Source: Felis catus (taxonomy: Eukaryota). Taken from it: a DNA stretch of 64,000 nt. The stretch is from the NCBI RefSeq assembly GCF_018350175.1, contig NC_058383.1:8434001-8498000 (forward strand), read 5' to 3'. The notes below the pieces were generated by a model, which did not search any database, was not told where the DNA came from, and saw only the letters and a program-made list of their open reading frames with translations. Numbering within the stretch: position 1 is the stretch's first letter; each line of letters opens with the position of its first letter. A program made the position numbers and the translations under genes. Positions 49,205 through 61,752 of the stretch are shown here, piece by piece.

Positions 49205-49550
49205 GATTAGTTTTCTACAGCTGCTGTAGCAAGTGACCACAAATGTAGCAGCTTAAACCATGCATATCGATTACCTTCTAGTTCTGGAGTTGGAGATCTG
49301 ACGCGGGCTCACTGCGTTCTTCGGGGGGGTCAGCATTGGCTGCTTCCCACTCCGGAGGCTCTGGGGAGAATCTTGTCCACTCACCTCTTCCTCCTCCTGC
49401 AGACTTCCTGCATCCCTTGGCCCATGGCCCTCCTGCATCTCCAAAGCCAGCAGGGTACCATCGCGGAGAATGTGCGGTCCCTCTGCACGTGACCAGAATG
49501 CTGCTCAGGTCAAATGGGACACCCCTCACACGCTGACAATTCGGGCCTGC
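49205..49550 (-). mobile_element. MLT1-type LTR remnant
   Basis: attagttttctacagctgctgtagcaagtgaccacaaa...gcttaaacc...agttctggagttggagatctga...ggaggctctggggagaatc...cccttggcccatggcc. Confidence 0.7.
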
Positions 49551-52406
49551 TGACCACACTTTCTGGGAGATGGTCAGAAACCAAGGGCAGAGGTGAGGTC
49601 TAAGAATGACTCAAGGTGAGGCAGGGCTGTCCAGAGGGAAGGGCAGAAAGACCCTCCTTCCAGAGGCCCCCACTTTCCCCCATGCCTGCACGTGCTCTCG
49701 TTTGTGGAGAGGTCACCTCCGAGGAGCCTCTTCTTCCGACGTGGCCTTGGAAGTCACTCGGTCACGTCCGCGACATCTGTTGGTGCACACAGGGCCAGCC
49801 CACATTCAAGGGGAGAGGGCTGTACAAGAGCATGAACTCCAGGAGGCACGGCTCACTGTGGGGGCCATCTCTGAAGATTATATCTACCACAGGGGGGGTT
49901 CCTATGGCAGGAGCAGGGAGGGGGTACCAGGCCCAAGGCGGCCAGAGCAGGACAGCCCGACAGTTCCATCTGGCTCAGAGTTGAGCCAGACTTCTTCAGA
50001 AATGTTGTCTCCGACTGATTTCACAACTATTCTCTGTTGCCTGCCCCCGTTATGACTCAGGGGCAGCCTGGCCCCACAGGGTGCCTAGAGTCACCAACTA
50101 TCAGGAAAAGAAGTGTCTTTCCCAGTGGAGCAACGGTGTGAGACATTCCTGTCCTCACTACTCAATCCGATCACTGATTACATATCTATAATTTATCAAC
50201 TACAGCCCACTCCATGGTCCAGCTAGTTTAGAAACGCCCGGGAATTTTTTCCTCAAGCACAGTCTCAGAATTATTTGACTCCCTCGCGGATTTACAGCCA
50301 GACCAGGGAAGCACACGGCCCTATAGCCATCCACCGTTGTGACGCTGATCGAGCTTTTAACTCTCCAGGTGCTGGTTGTCCCCTGTAAGAAAAGGGGTAA
50401 TGAGAGGGAGACGAGGTTGACCAGATGTCTCCAAGAGACACCACTGTGACCAATGGGTTCCAACTATCTCTGCGGCCTTGAGCAAACCCCTACGCCTGCC
50501 AGGCTCCTCATATCCCACCTGTAACATGGGAAGTTGAACAAGATGACTCTGTGGGTCTTTCCAGCACCATCTGGCTCCACTTCAGCACATGCAGGAATGT
50601 ATCCATTCCGTTAGGATTGGGATTCGAGCCCGGCTGTTCAGCACATATTGCTATGCCAGTCCCACATCCAAGGCCCCCGGCATCGCGAACCGTTACAGAC
50701 CGGCCTGTGCAGCCTCAGAAACTGATCTACAATCCATTCACTGGCTCCCAGCTGCGGGTGAGTGATGGGCCAGGCCGGGCAGCATCGTGGGGTAAGGAGA
50801 AGAGATCGAAATAAGAAGGCAGCCAGGCTGGGTAAAGATCCAGGCTCTTACTGGATTGTGGCTTTGACCTTGAGAAATTCCTTGATCTCGCCGAGCCTCG
50901 GTTTCTCCATCTGTAAAATCAAGGTTAGAATGCACACCTCCCAAGAAAGGCCCAAGGGTTCCAGAACGTATCTGAGAAAGCCTGATATAGAGTCTGTTAT
51001 TATTCAGACTGCACGCTGGAAAGCTGATTCTTGTCACCCGAGCAGAGCCTTCCCCGAGATAATTTAGGAGGTCTGGGCTCAGGAGCGCTCCCCCGGGCAG
51101 CGCCGTCCCCTCCCCTGTCGGCCGCAGGATGGATAGGCCCCGCAGCCTGGCTGGAAGGGCCATCCGTGCCTCCCTTTCCGAAGATGCCCTGGGCTGTCGC
51201 GCTTTCTGGCACGCCATGCTAAAAAATGACTCCAAAGAAAAGTAAGCAGACACTCCAGGCCATAAATATTTCAGAGCCGAATGAACGTCCTTTCCCCAGT
51301 CCCGACTTGCCATATATATTATTTATAAAACCATAACTTGAGTTGAAAGGTAGTCGTCGAAAGAATAGAGAGTCTCACTCAGATTCACTTGGTGATTGGA
51401 AAAACAATCTAGAAAGGGGGAAAATAGTGCTGGCTGGATGAGGTCACAGGAGGTCATCTGGTCCCTCCCCCTGGCTCCAGAGGGAGCGTGGCCAGAGTGA
51501 CCGGAGGGTACAGCCCAGGGAGGCCCCGCGCACCGGCAGACTGCTGGGCTCACACAGCCTAGGGCCTCGAGGCCTTTTCAGGAAGTTTCCACGACATGAC
51601 AAACAAAAGTCGACACGTTGGTAAAAATCTTTCGTTTCCCTTTATAACAGGGAGCAGGGCTTATGCTGAGAAGACAGGCCGAGGAGGGCTGCTAAGGGCT
51701 GTTGAGGAAGCAGAAAGAGCCCGGGACCAGGAATCCTGAGGGACCTGCGCTCCAGTTCTGTCCTGCCCCTTCCTAGGGTGACATCCAGCAGGTCACAGTG
51801 ACATCCCGGACTCAGATTTCCCATCCGTGAAACGGTGGGACAGCATTTCTGTCCTGTAACGAATGCTCGGTGACCCCTCTTTTCTCCCTCCAGAAATAAA
51901 GTTCATCGATAACATGACCTATTCACATACATAATTATAAAAATCAGGATAATAGTGCCCTAGCCTGTAACGCAAAGGAGAAATAAAAGGGCAGTGATTT
52001 ACAACCAAACGATGTTTTATTTTCAATGCTTCGGCAGCCGGACACCAGGGAAGCAGTGGAACTGAGGCACCTGCTCATCTCCTCACCACGAAGGTGACAT
52101 TTCCAAGCGCGGGCTGGCGTCGTGACGCCGTATCTGACACTGAAACACCACGAGCAGCCTCGCGTTCGGGGACGTGTCTGGAAGAGTGGACACTCTCGGT
52201 AAAATCCCGTGACAAAACAAGAGACGATCTCTCCTCAACTGTCGCTCTAGTTGCAAGCACGGGAGACTCCTTTTTTGTTAAAATTGTGCAAACAAACAAA
52301 AAAGCAAACAAACAAACAAAAAAATCCTACCCCCAAACTGTGTGCTGATATGTAAAATGTGAAAAGCAGGGTCCAGTTCTAGGCTCCGATCATTTTCTAG
52401 AACGAC

Positions 52407-52614
52407 TTTTTAATGTCTGTTTTATTTTTGAGAGACAAAGATAGAGGGCAAGCGGGAGAGGGGCAGAGAGAGAGAGGGAGACACAGGATCCGTGGCAGGC
52501 TCCAGGCTCCGAGCTGTCCGCACAGAGCCCCATGCGGGGCTTGAACCCACGAACCGTGAGATCATGACCTGAGCTGAAGTCAGACACTCAACCAACGGAG
52601 CTACCCAGGCGTCC
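52407..52614 (-). mobile_element. Feline SINE
   Basis: Reverse SINE; TSD-like taggctccgatcattttc and taggctcagatcattttc. Confidence 0.9.
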
Positions 52615-53146
52615 CTAGGCTCAGATCATTTTCAAGAAGTTTTTCATCCACAGGAAGGCCTGGAGGGACATTTGCAGTTTTCCCTGGGATGCAGTCACCA
52701 TTTCTCACTGGGCACGTTAGAGACCCGCGTGCATCCCTGCCTGCCAAGCGCCAGTCGTCCCCCCCAGCATCGTGACCACCATAAGTACCACCCACGGGAC
52801 CCCACATCCGAAACACCCGCAGGGAGCCCCAGATGGGCTGCTCCCCAGGTCGTCCTGCACTGCTCTGACCATCTGATGCCACCCACAAACGGCTTGATGA
52901 TGCTCACCTGAAGGCCGGGCTGGCCACACGGTGTCTGCTTCAGTTCCTGCCCCACGGTCACGCTGTGGGGGCAACGGTGGCCAGAAACCCTGCTTGAGTG
53001 GAGCCTGGAGCCAGAGCTTGAGTGGAGCCTGGATCCCTGATCCTTCCCCTCCCTGACTCCGCCCACCGGGGAAGTCAGGTGCCTGCCAGGCACCGAGGGA
53101 GCCCAGCACCCCACAGGCTGCGACTCCAAGGAGTCCAAATGGCAGT

Positions 53147-53191
53147 GCACCCTAGAGGGAGGAGCACCCTAGAGGGAGGAGCACCCTAGAG
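53147..53191 (+). repeat. 17-bp tandem repeat (2.6 copies)
   Basis: gcaccctagagggagga x2 followed by gcaccctagag. Confidence 0.9.
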
Positions 53192-53655
53192 CCCCACCCA
53201 GGCTCGGGGCAGAGGACTGCTTCCTCGGGCCCCACGCCTGCCCCTACTCTTGCCCGAAGCCACCTCCCTGCGGACCAGACCCCACAAGCCAGGCTGGGTA
53301 CACACTTCACCTTTGCCCCCTGCTCGGCCTGCCCGTCCCACCCTCCACCCACGCATGATGGAACAGCTTTCCGTGCCCACAGTGGACACAAATCCAGCAC
53401 CCGCGGTCAGCATATCAGGGCACTGACCAATGGGAGGTGGGAGGAGGGTGGGGGAGAGTATGTGTGCTGGGGACAGTCTGGAAGCTTCTCAGAGAAAGCA
53501 GAACCTCAGCCGGTAAGGGCTGGGCAATGAAGGGGCCTGATGCCAACAGAGGGGTGGACCCCCAAGAAGAGATTCGACGTGCACCCAGGCCACACCACAG
53601 GCCCCAGGGTCTGAATCAGGGCACTCTTGGGCTCTTTAAGATCAAATATCTTTTG

Positions 53656-54052
53656 GGGACGCCTGGGTGGCTCGGTCAGTTCAACATCTGACTCTTGGTT
53701 TGGGCTCAGGTCACGATCTCATGGTTTTGTGAGTTCGAGCCCCACACGGGGGCTCTGGGCTGGCAGCACTCTCTCCCTCTCTCTCTGTCTCTCTCAAAAT
53801 AAATAAACTTCAGGGGCATCTGGGTGGCTCAGTTGGTTAAGCGTCTGAATTCGGCTCAAGTCATGATCTCACGGTTCGTGGGCTCGAGCCCCACGTCAGG
53901 CTCTGTGCTGACAGCTCAGAGGCTGGAGCCTGCTTGGCATTCTGTGTCCCCCTCCCTGCTCACGCTCTGTCTCTTTCCTTCTGTCTCTAAAATAAATAAA
54001 TATTTAAATAAAGAAATAAATAAATAAACTTAAAAAATAAAAAATATTAAAA
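53656..54052 (+). mobile_element. Nested SINE dimer (inner copy from ~53813 inserted in the tail of the outer copy)
   Basis: Outer TSD-like aagatcaaatatctttt / aagatcaaatacctttt; aataaataaactt duplicated around the inner copy. Confidence 0.88.
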
Positions 54053-54625
54053 AAGATCAAATACCTTTTGTATCCCCCAACATCTGAGGGGAAAGGATCA
54101 TGTGGCCCAGCTAAGGGCTGAAGGGAACAGGGTCTGGGGTCACTGTGTCACTTCTCAGGGGATAAAGACTCCTCGCCTGGGTAAGGGGGGTTGCAATACC
54201 TTCCTCAGAGGTATGAACATGAGGAATGGAGATGAAAGTCCTAGAAACGGCAGGCCGGGCCCTCCGGAGCCCGTGCGAATGACGGCAGTGTGGTCATTCA
54301 CACACAGGAAGGCCTGTAGAAGCTTCCAGACTGGTGTTTTCTGGCACTGGAACGATCTCTCCCAGGAGGCCTGCTCCGGCCCGGGGAAAACCCCCCCACT
54401 TGCTCCCAGTGGGGCTGTTACGTCCTTCCAGTTGGTGGGCACAGAAAAAAGCGTCCAGGAAACGTGCTCAGAGGAAAACGCGGTTCTTCCTCAAATATGT
54501 GTGTCTACCCCCAGGTCCCAGCAGGACCTCCAGGAGCAGCGTGGCCCCCGCCCCCCGCTTCAGCCCGGACCCAACCTCTCTCCAAGATTCTCTGCCCCCT
54601 TCTGTGCCCACCCACCCCCCAAATT

Positions 54626-54637
54626 TAAAAAAAAAAA

Positions 54638-54669
<32 letters not shown>

Positions 54670-54676
54670 AAAAAAA
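54626..54676 (+). repeat. A-tract and (GAAA)n microsatellite
   Basis: aaaaaaaagaaagaaagaaag... Confidence 0.9.
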
Positions 54677-55592
54677 TGGAGAAGTTAATTTGCTAAAATG
54701 GAAGGGAGCGCACTCACCGATTACATTTTTCCCCAAAGGAAACTTGAGTTAATTTGGCCGGTGACTCATATGCCAGGCTGCCAGTTACAACACACAACCC
54801 CAGACAGCACTCCTCACCGGGCCCAGCTGGCACCCGCCCTCCCCGCTCACCGCTGCGGGCCCCAGGGTCCCTCCTCCGAGAGGCAGGGGTCGGGCGGGCA
54901 GCGTGCCCGCCGGGTACGGGGCTCTTGGTGGTACTTCCGGACGCGAAGGGCACACGCGTGCACGCACACGCACGTCCACGCGGAAACACACGCATCTACG
55001 CTCGCACCAGGCACCGTGCGCGGGGCACACGCATACACGCGCGCGCACGCTCGGGACGCCGCCAGAACACTCTGGCCCCGGGCCCCTCAGTAAATCGTTC
55101 GGTAGGCAGCTCTCCAAATGCTGGGCCTCAGGACTAAGTCGTTCCTATTTTTCCCAGCCTCTTAAAGCTTCTAGGGAGCAGAGAGAGGGGGCAGGCAAGT
55201 GCTCATGTGAGCCCTGTGAACTTTGGGTGGAAATTCCCGGCCGGGCCCCCCGAGCGTGGAGGTGCCCGCTGGGCTTCTTCATCTCCTTGGGGGTGAGGGG
55301 CACGTGGGGACCCCACCCCACCACCGATACTGTTCACAAGGCCACCTTTCTAATGAAAGTGACACCCAGCTCAGGCAGGAGCCCCCAAGGCAGGCCTTAG
55401 GGTCAAAAGACCTATTTACGCGCTGTGTGACTTTGAGCCAGGCACCCATTCTGAGCCTCGTTTTTTTTTTTTTTTCTAGAAAACATCTTCATCCTCCAGT
55501 TGGACAGCAATGTGAACGTACTTCATAACGCCGAACTGTATGCTTCAAGTGTTAAGATGGTAAACTTTATGTTTTGTGTGTTTTAACACAAT

Positions 55593-55806
55593 TTCTTTCT
55601 TTTTTTTTTAACGTTTATTTTTGAGACAGAGAGAGACAGAGCATGAACGGGGAAGGGTCAGAGAGAGGGAGACACAGAATCTGAAACAGGCTCCAGGCTC
55701 TGAGCTGTCAGCACAGAGCCCGACGCGGGGCTTGAACTCACTGACCGCGAGATCATGACCTGAGCCAAAGTCGGACGCTCAACCGACTGAGCCACCCAGG
55801 CGCCCC
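55593..55806 (-). mobile_element. Feline SINE
   Basis: TSD aacacaatttctt on both sides. Confidence 0.92.
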
Positions 55807-57573
55807 AACACAATTTCTTAAATTGAAAAAAAAAAGGGAAAAAGAAAGGCTTAAGCTTTCTCATTCCTCTTTCCCGCTTGCCACTGGCTGGGGTGTAGAA
55901 ATGATGGCAGGAGCTCAGGCAGCCTTTTTGGACTCACAGATGGAAGTCACCTGTTGAGCATGGCTGTACAGTCGGATGCAAGGACAATGGTTCCTAGGAC
56001 ACTGCCAGGTAAACCTTGGGCTGCTTGTGTGAGAGAAGTCAACTTCTATGTTCTTTTTAAAAGCATATATGCTCATACTTGAGGAAACTTAAAACCATTT
56101 CGAGGGGTCGATTGGGACAAGGATGAGAGACAGTTCCTAGGACCCTTCCCCCAGTTATCCCCAGCAAGGGAACATGGCGCAGGGTTCTGGATTCTGGCCC
56201 AACCCACCGCCAACTTCTGCGTGACCTCAGATCAACTTCTTCCTTCAGCCTCAGTTTCCCTACTTGTCTTTTGACACTAGTATTATGAGTCTCGGTTTTT
56301 CAAATCTGTTAATGAGAGGCCCAAGCAGGGAAATCACCGGGCAAAGGCCTGGGAGCCCCTAGACCAGAGCCCAGGGGCAGCCAGGAAGAACAAGAGGCCC
56401 GGACGAGGAGCCACAGTCCCACAGGCCAACCCCCTGCCACGAAGGTACTGATGGTCAGAGCTTTCTGGAGCCGACGCCCTCCTCCCAGATGAGGAAGCAG
56501 AGGCAAAGGCACGCCCCCCTCCCCTGCCGCGGCCAGTTCAGGACTCTGTGTGGCCTCTGTTAGGCCCACCCTAGGTCTCCCTGGGGCCCTGGGGGGCGGG
56601 GAGCCAGCCAATCTCTTAGAGGAAGACAGGAGGACCCTAGAAGCCAGTGCCAGCCCTCGGGGCGCGGGAGGAGGAGGAGGAAGTCAGAGAAGGAAACGCT
56701 GGGAAGCGGGAAGGGTGGAAAACACGTTTGCTGGTTTCCCGGGAGAGCCTCTTGCCTCCTGGGGGAAACTGGGAGCCGTTATCAGATCCAAGGACAGAGA
56801 TGCCTGTCCCCGGATAAGCTCCAAGAAAACCCCTCCCTGTGGGCCCACACGGTGTGGCGGGCGGGCAGACAGTGCTCAGAGAGGCAAGACCGCACTCCCA
56901 GACTCCCGCCCGGCATTCAGAGCCAAAGGCTCGAGCACCACACAAAGTCACCTGTGACACCACAGTCAGGGAACAGCAGCCAGGGATCCGGGCAGCTGTG
57001 CCCACCCTGAGGCACACCCGGCCCCACCATGCCCGACCATGCCCTCGATATCTGTCGGTGCTCCTGCCTGTGGGCATCGACACAGCTGGTTCAAATCCTC
57101 CCTGTCACTTAGAAGCAGAGGGACCTTGGGCAAGGAGGTTTTATAACTTCCCTGAGGTTCGGCCCCTGCTTCTGTAAGGAGATACCCACACTGGGGGCTG
57201 AGCTAATGGCCCTCGGCCAGGGGGAGCCCCCTCCCCCTCTACCGTGGACATCTGGGGCCTGATCACTCCTGGGAAGGGCATTACCAAAGGACAAACAATG
57301 TCGGTCAGATTTGTGGCCACCACCCTCCGATTTCCTCGAGCATTACTGTTTCATGCTCTGACACAGCCCCTTCCTCTCCAGGAGACAGAGACTCCGAGAG
57401 TGGCCAGAAAACAAACAGGCCAGTAACTGCCTTGGTCTGAGAGTCCTCACCGAGCAGGAGTCTCCTCCAGACCTCCTCATTCGGGGTTTAGAGCATCAGG
57501 TTCTGGTCTCTTCCGGGCAGAAGAAACATCCTTGTCCTCGTGCACCTGACTTTTAAAATCATTTCTATTTTTC

Positions 57574-57621
57574 TTAAGTTTGTTTATTTATTTGAGAGAG
57601 ACAGAGAGTGAGTGGGGGAGG

Positions 57622-57670
<49 letters not shown>

Positions 57671-57800
57671 AGAATCCCAAGCAGGCTCCATGCTGCCAAC
57701 ACAGAGCCAGACATGGGGCTCGAACCCACGAACCGTGAGATCAGGACCTGAGCCGAAACCAAGAATCAGCAGCCTAATCGACTGAGCCACCCAGGCGCCC
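57574..57800 (-). mobile_element. Can-SINE with long (GA)n
   Basis: (GA)n at ~57625-57667; reverse head gactgagccacccaggcgcccc. Confidence 0.9.
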
Positions 57801-58655
57801 CAACACCTGGCTTTTTAAAGCACACACCAAAGGGCTGCTGGACGTCCTCATATTTTCCACCTGAATGTCCTTGCACAGGGCTCTCGGGCTGAGGCTGTAA
57901 AGCTGGGTGGCCTCCACGTCCAGCTTTAAGGAGCAATTTCCCTCAGCGGCTGACACTGGGCCTGTAGGCTGGGGCTGAGGCGTGGGGCTGGCGTGGGGAC
58001 AGAAGGGGCCCCACCTGGGAGAGGTTTCCACGCACGTCCCCCCGGGGACACGGGAGGGCATGAACTGGCCCAGGAGGGGTGCGGGGCACAGAGGACAGGC
58101 TGTCCCCAAACGCACAGCCAAAGGGGCAGCTCTGCCCAGTGTTTCGCTCACACACACTCACACACAGACACACAAAGACATCCAATCACACACCGGCACA
58201 GATACACTCATGCAGACGTGCATTCATACACTCGCACAGGCGCACACACAGAAACACAGACCCCACCGCCACACGAACGCCCCCAACGTCGGAAAGCAGG
58301 TGTGCATGGCCTCGCCTCCCACTGAGGTTCTGTAGTGATGGGTTCCCACTCCGTCCTGGGCTCCTGGACCATGGACACCTGCACGTTTCTTCCTGCCTGC
58401 CCTTCTGGACTTGTTCCTTCTCCCGCCTCCTCTTTGTGCTCCCTGATGCTGAGGCTGAGGAGGGGACAAACAGAGACTAGGGTCAAGGTCAAAGCCTGGT
58501 GTGCCCGGCTGCTTCCCTCCAGGCTCTGCCCCCACTCCTTCAGCCCTTTAGGTGTCGGGTGTCACCGCCTGCTCCTCTGGGCCTGATTGCCCAGGAACTC
58601 GGGGACCCAGCCCGTGTGGGCACGGACGAGGTCGCGCCGCCGCTTCCCCCGAGCG

Positions 58656-58669
58656 CCGCTAGGTGGCGC
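58656..58669 (+). promoter_or_regulatory. Candidate CTCF binding site
   Basis: CCGCTAGGTGGCGC closely fits the CTCF core consensus and lies in a small CpG-dense patch (~58620-58790). Confidence 0.6.
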
Positions 58670-59966
58670 CGCGCTAACGAGGATCGGGATGGACGGGCTG
58701 GTCGGCAGAGTAAGGGGCGGAGAGTCTAGGCGCCCCCCTCTCACGCGGCTGCTCACACCCGGGTCCCCGTGGTCCCCCAGACCCCGACCCACGCTCCCTG
58801 CCGGCCCCAGGCTCAGGCTGGGGCTCAGGACATACCCCCTCGGGGCCCCCTCCACCACCCCCACCGGTGGCCCCGCTTCCCTCCTGGGAAGCTCCTTTGG
58901 TCCTCCGGGGCACAGACTCCACAAGGAGCCTCTGCTCCTGGGGCACAGTGCAGAGGTGAACAGATAGGAAACGCGATGATACCCTCCCCGGGATCCCCTG
59001 AGCTCTGCCTTTGCCCGCTCAGTTGCCAAGTGTTCGTGCCCCTGGCACCCTCACCACAGCACAGGCTGCAGCCCAGAGCATCTCATGAACAGCAGCCGGC
59101 ACCCCACCCCTGCGCCCCCAGAAAAGGAAGGCCGTGTTCTCCCCCTTGGCACATTTGGCCCAACCCCCACTTCCAGAATGGAGAGAGACACAAGGAGGCC
59201 TTAGGACACCCGCATTCACCAGACTTCTGGCCTCCGTGCCTGTCCTGTGGGTCTACCCCACCCCTGTCACCCGCCCTGTAGGCTCCTGGGACGGGGAAAT
59301 CCTGTTCAATCAGAGCGGCCTGGCACAGGAAGGGGGAGCACAGTAAGTGCTCAATAAATGCTTGTTAACTCGATTCATGCAAGGAAGAGACAGGGCTCCA
59401 ACAACACGTATGGACCCCACGCCATGCCAGGGACCGTGAAAGCGGCTTCTCTACCGTATTCTCCCAACAATTCTGTGTGCTTTACAGACATCAAGGCAGC
59501 CGGGGCCCAGAGAGCCCGAGGTCACACAGGGGCCAATGATAGCCAGGGTCGCCATGCTCCAGGGTGCCCCAGACCCTCGCTGCGATGAGCCCCTCTTTCC
59601 CTGCCTGAGACTAACCCCCGAGGTGTAGCGACTGGGCCAGTCTCGGACTTCCTGACTCTGCTCCACCTCAGTTCCTCTGAGGCCAGCCTTTGCAGAGGCC
59701 GATCCTCCCGCCAAGAAAGATGTCTTCCCAGTCTCATCCTTTAGGGCCCACCCTGGCATCACCTCCTGCGGGAAGCCTTCCATGACTACTCCTTAGGTGG
59801 AGGCTTCAGTGGACCCTCCCTGGGAGGGTGTCCTTAGCTTAGCACCTCACTTGGTCCATTGCCCAGACACATGTGGACTTAGCCAGCTGTCGGGGCCACA
59901 CCACCCCCATGGTGCTGTTCCATGGGGGGACCTACACCTCATACCAAACCCAGTCTACAAAGAAGC

Positions 59967-60154
59967 TTTTAATGTTTATTGTTTTGAGAGAGAGAGAGAG
60001 AGAGAGAGACACACACACACACACAGATTCAGAAGCAGGCTCCAGGAGCCGAGCTGTCAGCACAGAGCCGGACGTGGGACTCGAACTTACAAACTGTGAG
60101 ATCATGACCTGAGCCGAAGTCGGACACCTAACCGACTGAGTCACCCAGGCGCCC
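59967..60154 (-). mobile_element. Feline SINE with (GA)n(CA)n
   Basis: Reverse SINE; TSD-like acaaagaagcttt and acaaagcagctctt. Confidence 0.9.
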
Positions 60155-60189
60155 CCACAAAGCAGCTCTTAGAAGGGCCGTTAGGGTAC

Positions 60190-60560
60190 GTCATGGACTG
60201 AATGCGTCCCTCCAAAATTCATACACCGAAGCCCCAATCCCCAATGCGACGCTGTTAGGAGGCGGGGCCCGAGACGTGATGAGGTTATGGCTGAGCTCGT
60301 GAGGGTGGGGCCCCCGCAGTGAGATCAGTGTCCTTATAAGAGGGGGAGAGAGACCCGAGCGCTTTCCCCGGTACGTGAAGACACAGCCAGACGGTGGCTG
60401 CCTGTGAGACCGTAAGTGGCTCTCACGGAGAGAGCCAAATCTGCCAGCACTTAAACTTGCACTTCCCAGTCTCCAGAAAACTGTGAGAAAAAAAAAAAAA
60501 TTGTCTGTTGTCTAAGCCACCCGGTCTGTGGTATTCGTTCCGGTAGGCCAAGCTCAGACA
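60190..60560 (+). mobile_element. MLT1A-like solo LTR
   Basis: atggactgaatgcgtccctccaaaattcatacaccgaagcc...gtgtccttataagag...gcacttcccagtctccagaaaactgtgaga...taagccacccggtctgtggtatt. Confidence 0.75.
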
Positions 60561-61259
60561 GGATAGATGATGAAACCCGGGCCCGGAGGGCCAGGTGGCC
60601 GACATGGTCACACAGCAAACCAGAGCACGGACTAGACGCAAACCAAGGTCTGGTCACACACTTCGTGAGAAGAAAACGTACATGTGTAAGGAAAAAGGGA
60701 GTCCCCAGAGGGATGAATTTAAAACACACGCGTCCACTCACTCAAGGGGCCAGACATGGTGACGTTGTGGAATGCAGCTGGGAGGGAGTGACTCACAGTC
60801 AGAAATGCCCGCTGCTGGGTCCTGGGCCTCGTCACCACATGCCATCTGTCATGGCCCGGCTTGTGTAGCTGAGAAAGCTGCACCTCCGGTCCCCAGGGCT
60901 GATGGCTCTGACGGCCCGCGGTGGGCTGGGCTGACTCGGGCCAGGCCTACCGGCCTCCATCCTCTCTCTGGGGGTCTCAGGCCGAGTCACCTGGCGCCGC
61001 GGACGTTCCGGAGAGTGCCCCCGGCATGGCATCACGGAGCCAGCCTTTGGCTGGGGGCGTTGGAAGCCTGGGTCCCGGCCCCGCTCCGCCCCTGCCCCTG
61101 CGTAGCTTTGGGGGTCTTCTTTGGGTTTCATCAATCCGAGGATGGGCTCTGAGTGGCCATGTGCCGGGGGCGTCTCACACGGCTCTAGAGAGAGTGGGTG
61201 CCTCCCGGCCTTGGCGGGGGGATTCGCACCATGGCAGGTAGCAAACGTCATTGCTTGCT

Positions 61260-61752
61260 CCTTCCTCCCTCCCACCCTCCCTCCCTCCTTCCTTCCCTCC
61301 CTCCCTCCTTCCTTTCTTCCTTCCCTTTTTTTTTTATGTTTTTTTTGTTTGTTTGAAAGAGAGAAAGTGTGAGGGGGAAAGAGGCAGAGAGAGAGAGAGA
61401 GAGGGAGAGAGAGAATCCCAAGCACGCAGGGCTCAAACTTATGGAACTATGAGATCACGACATGAGCTGAAGTCAGACACGTAACCGAATGAGCCAGCCA
61501 CCCAGGCGCCCGTCTCTATTTCTACGTCTTTTTAAATTTTTTTTTTTAACGTTTATTTATTTTTGAGACAGAGAGAGACAGAGCGTGAACAGGGGAGGGG
61601 CAGAGAGAGAGAGGGAGACACAGAATCCGAAGCAGGCTCCAGGCTCTGAGCGGTCAGCACAGAGCCCGACGCGGGGCTCGAACTCGCAGACCGCGAGATC
61701 GTGACCTGAGTCAAAGTCGGACGCCCAACCGACCGAGCCACCCAGGCGCCCC
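61260..61752 (-). mobile_element. (CCTT/CCCT)n tract and two tandem SINEs (61326-61511, 61528-61752)
   Basis: Reverse SINE heads; TSD tctacgtcttttta around the second copy. Confidence 0.9.
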
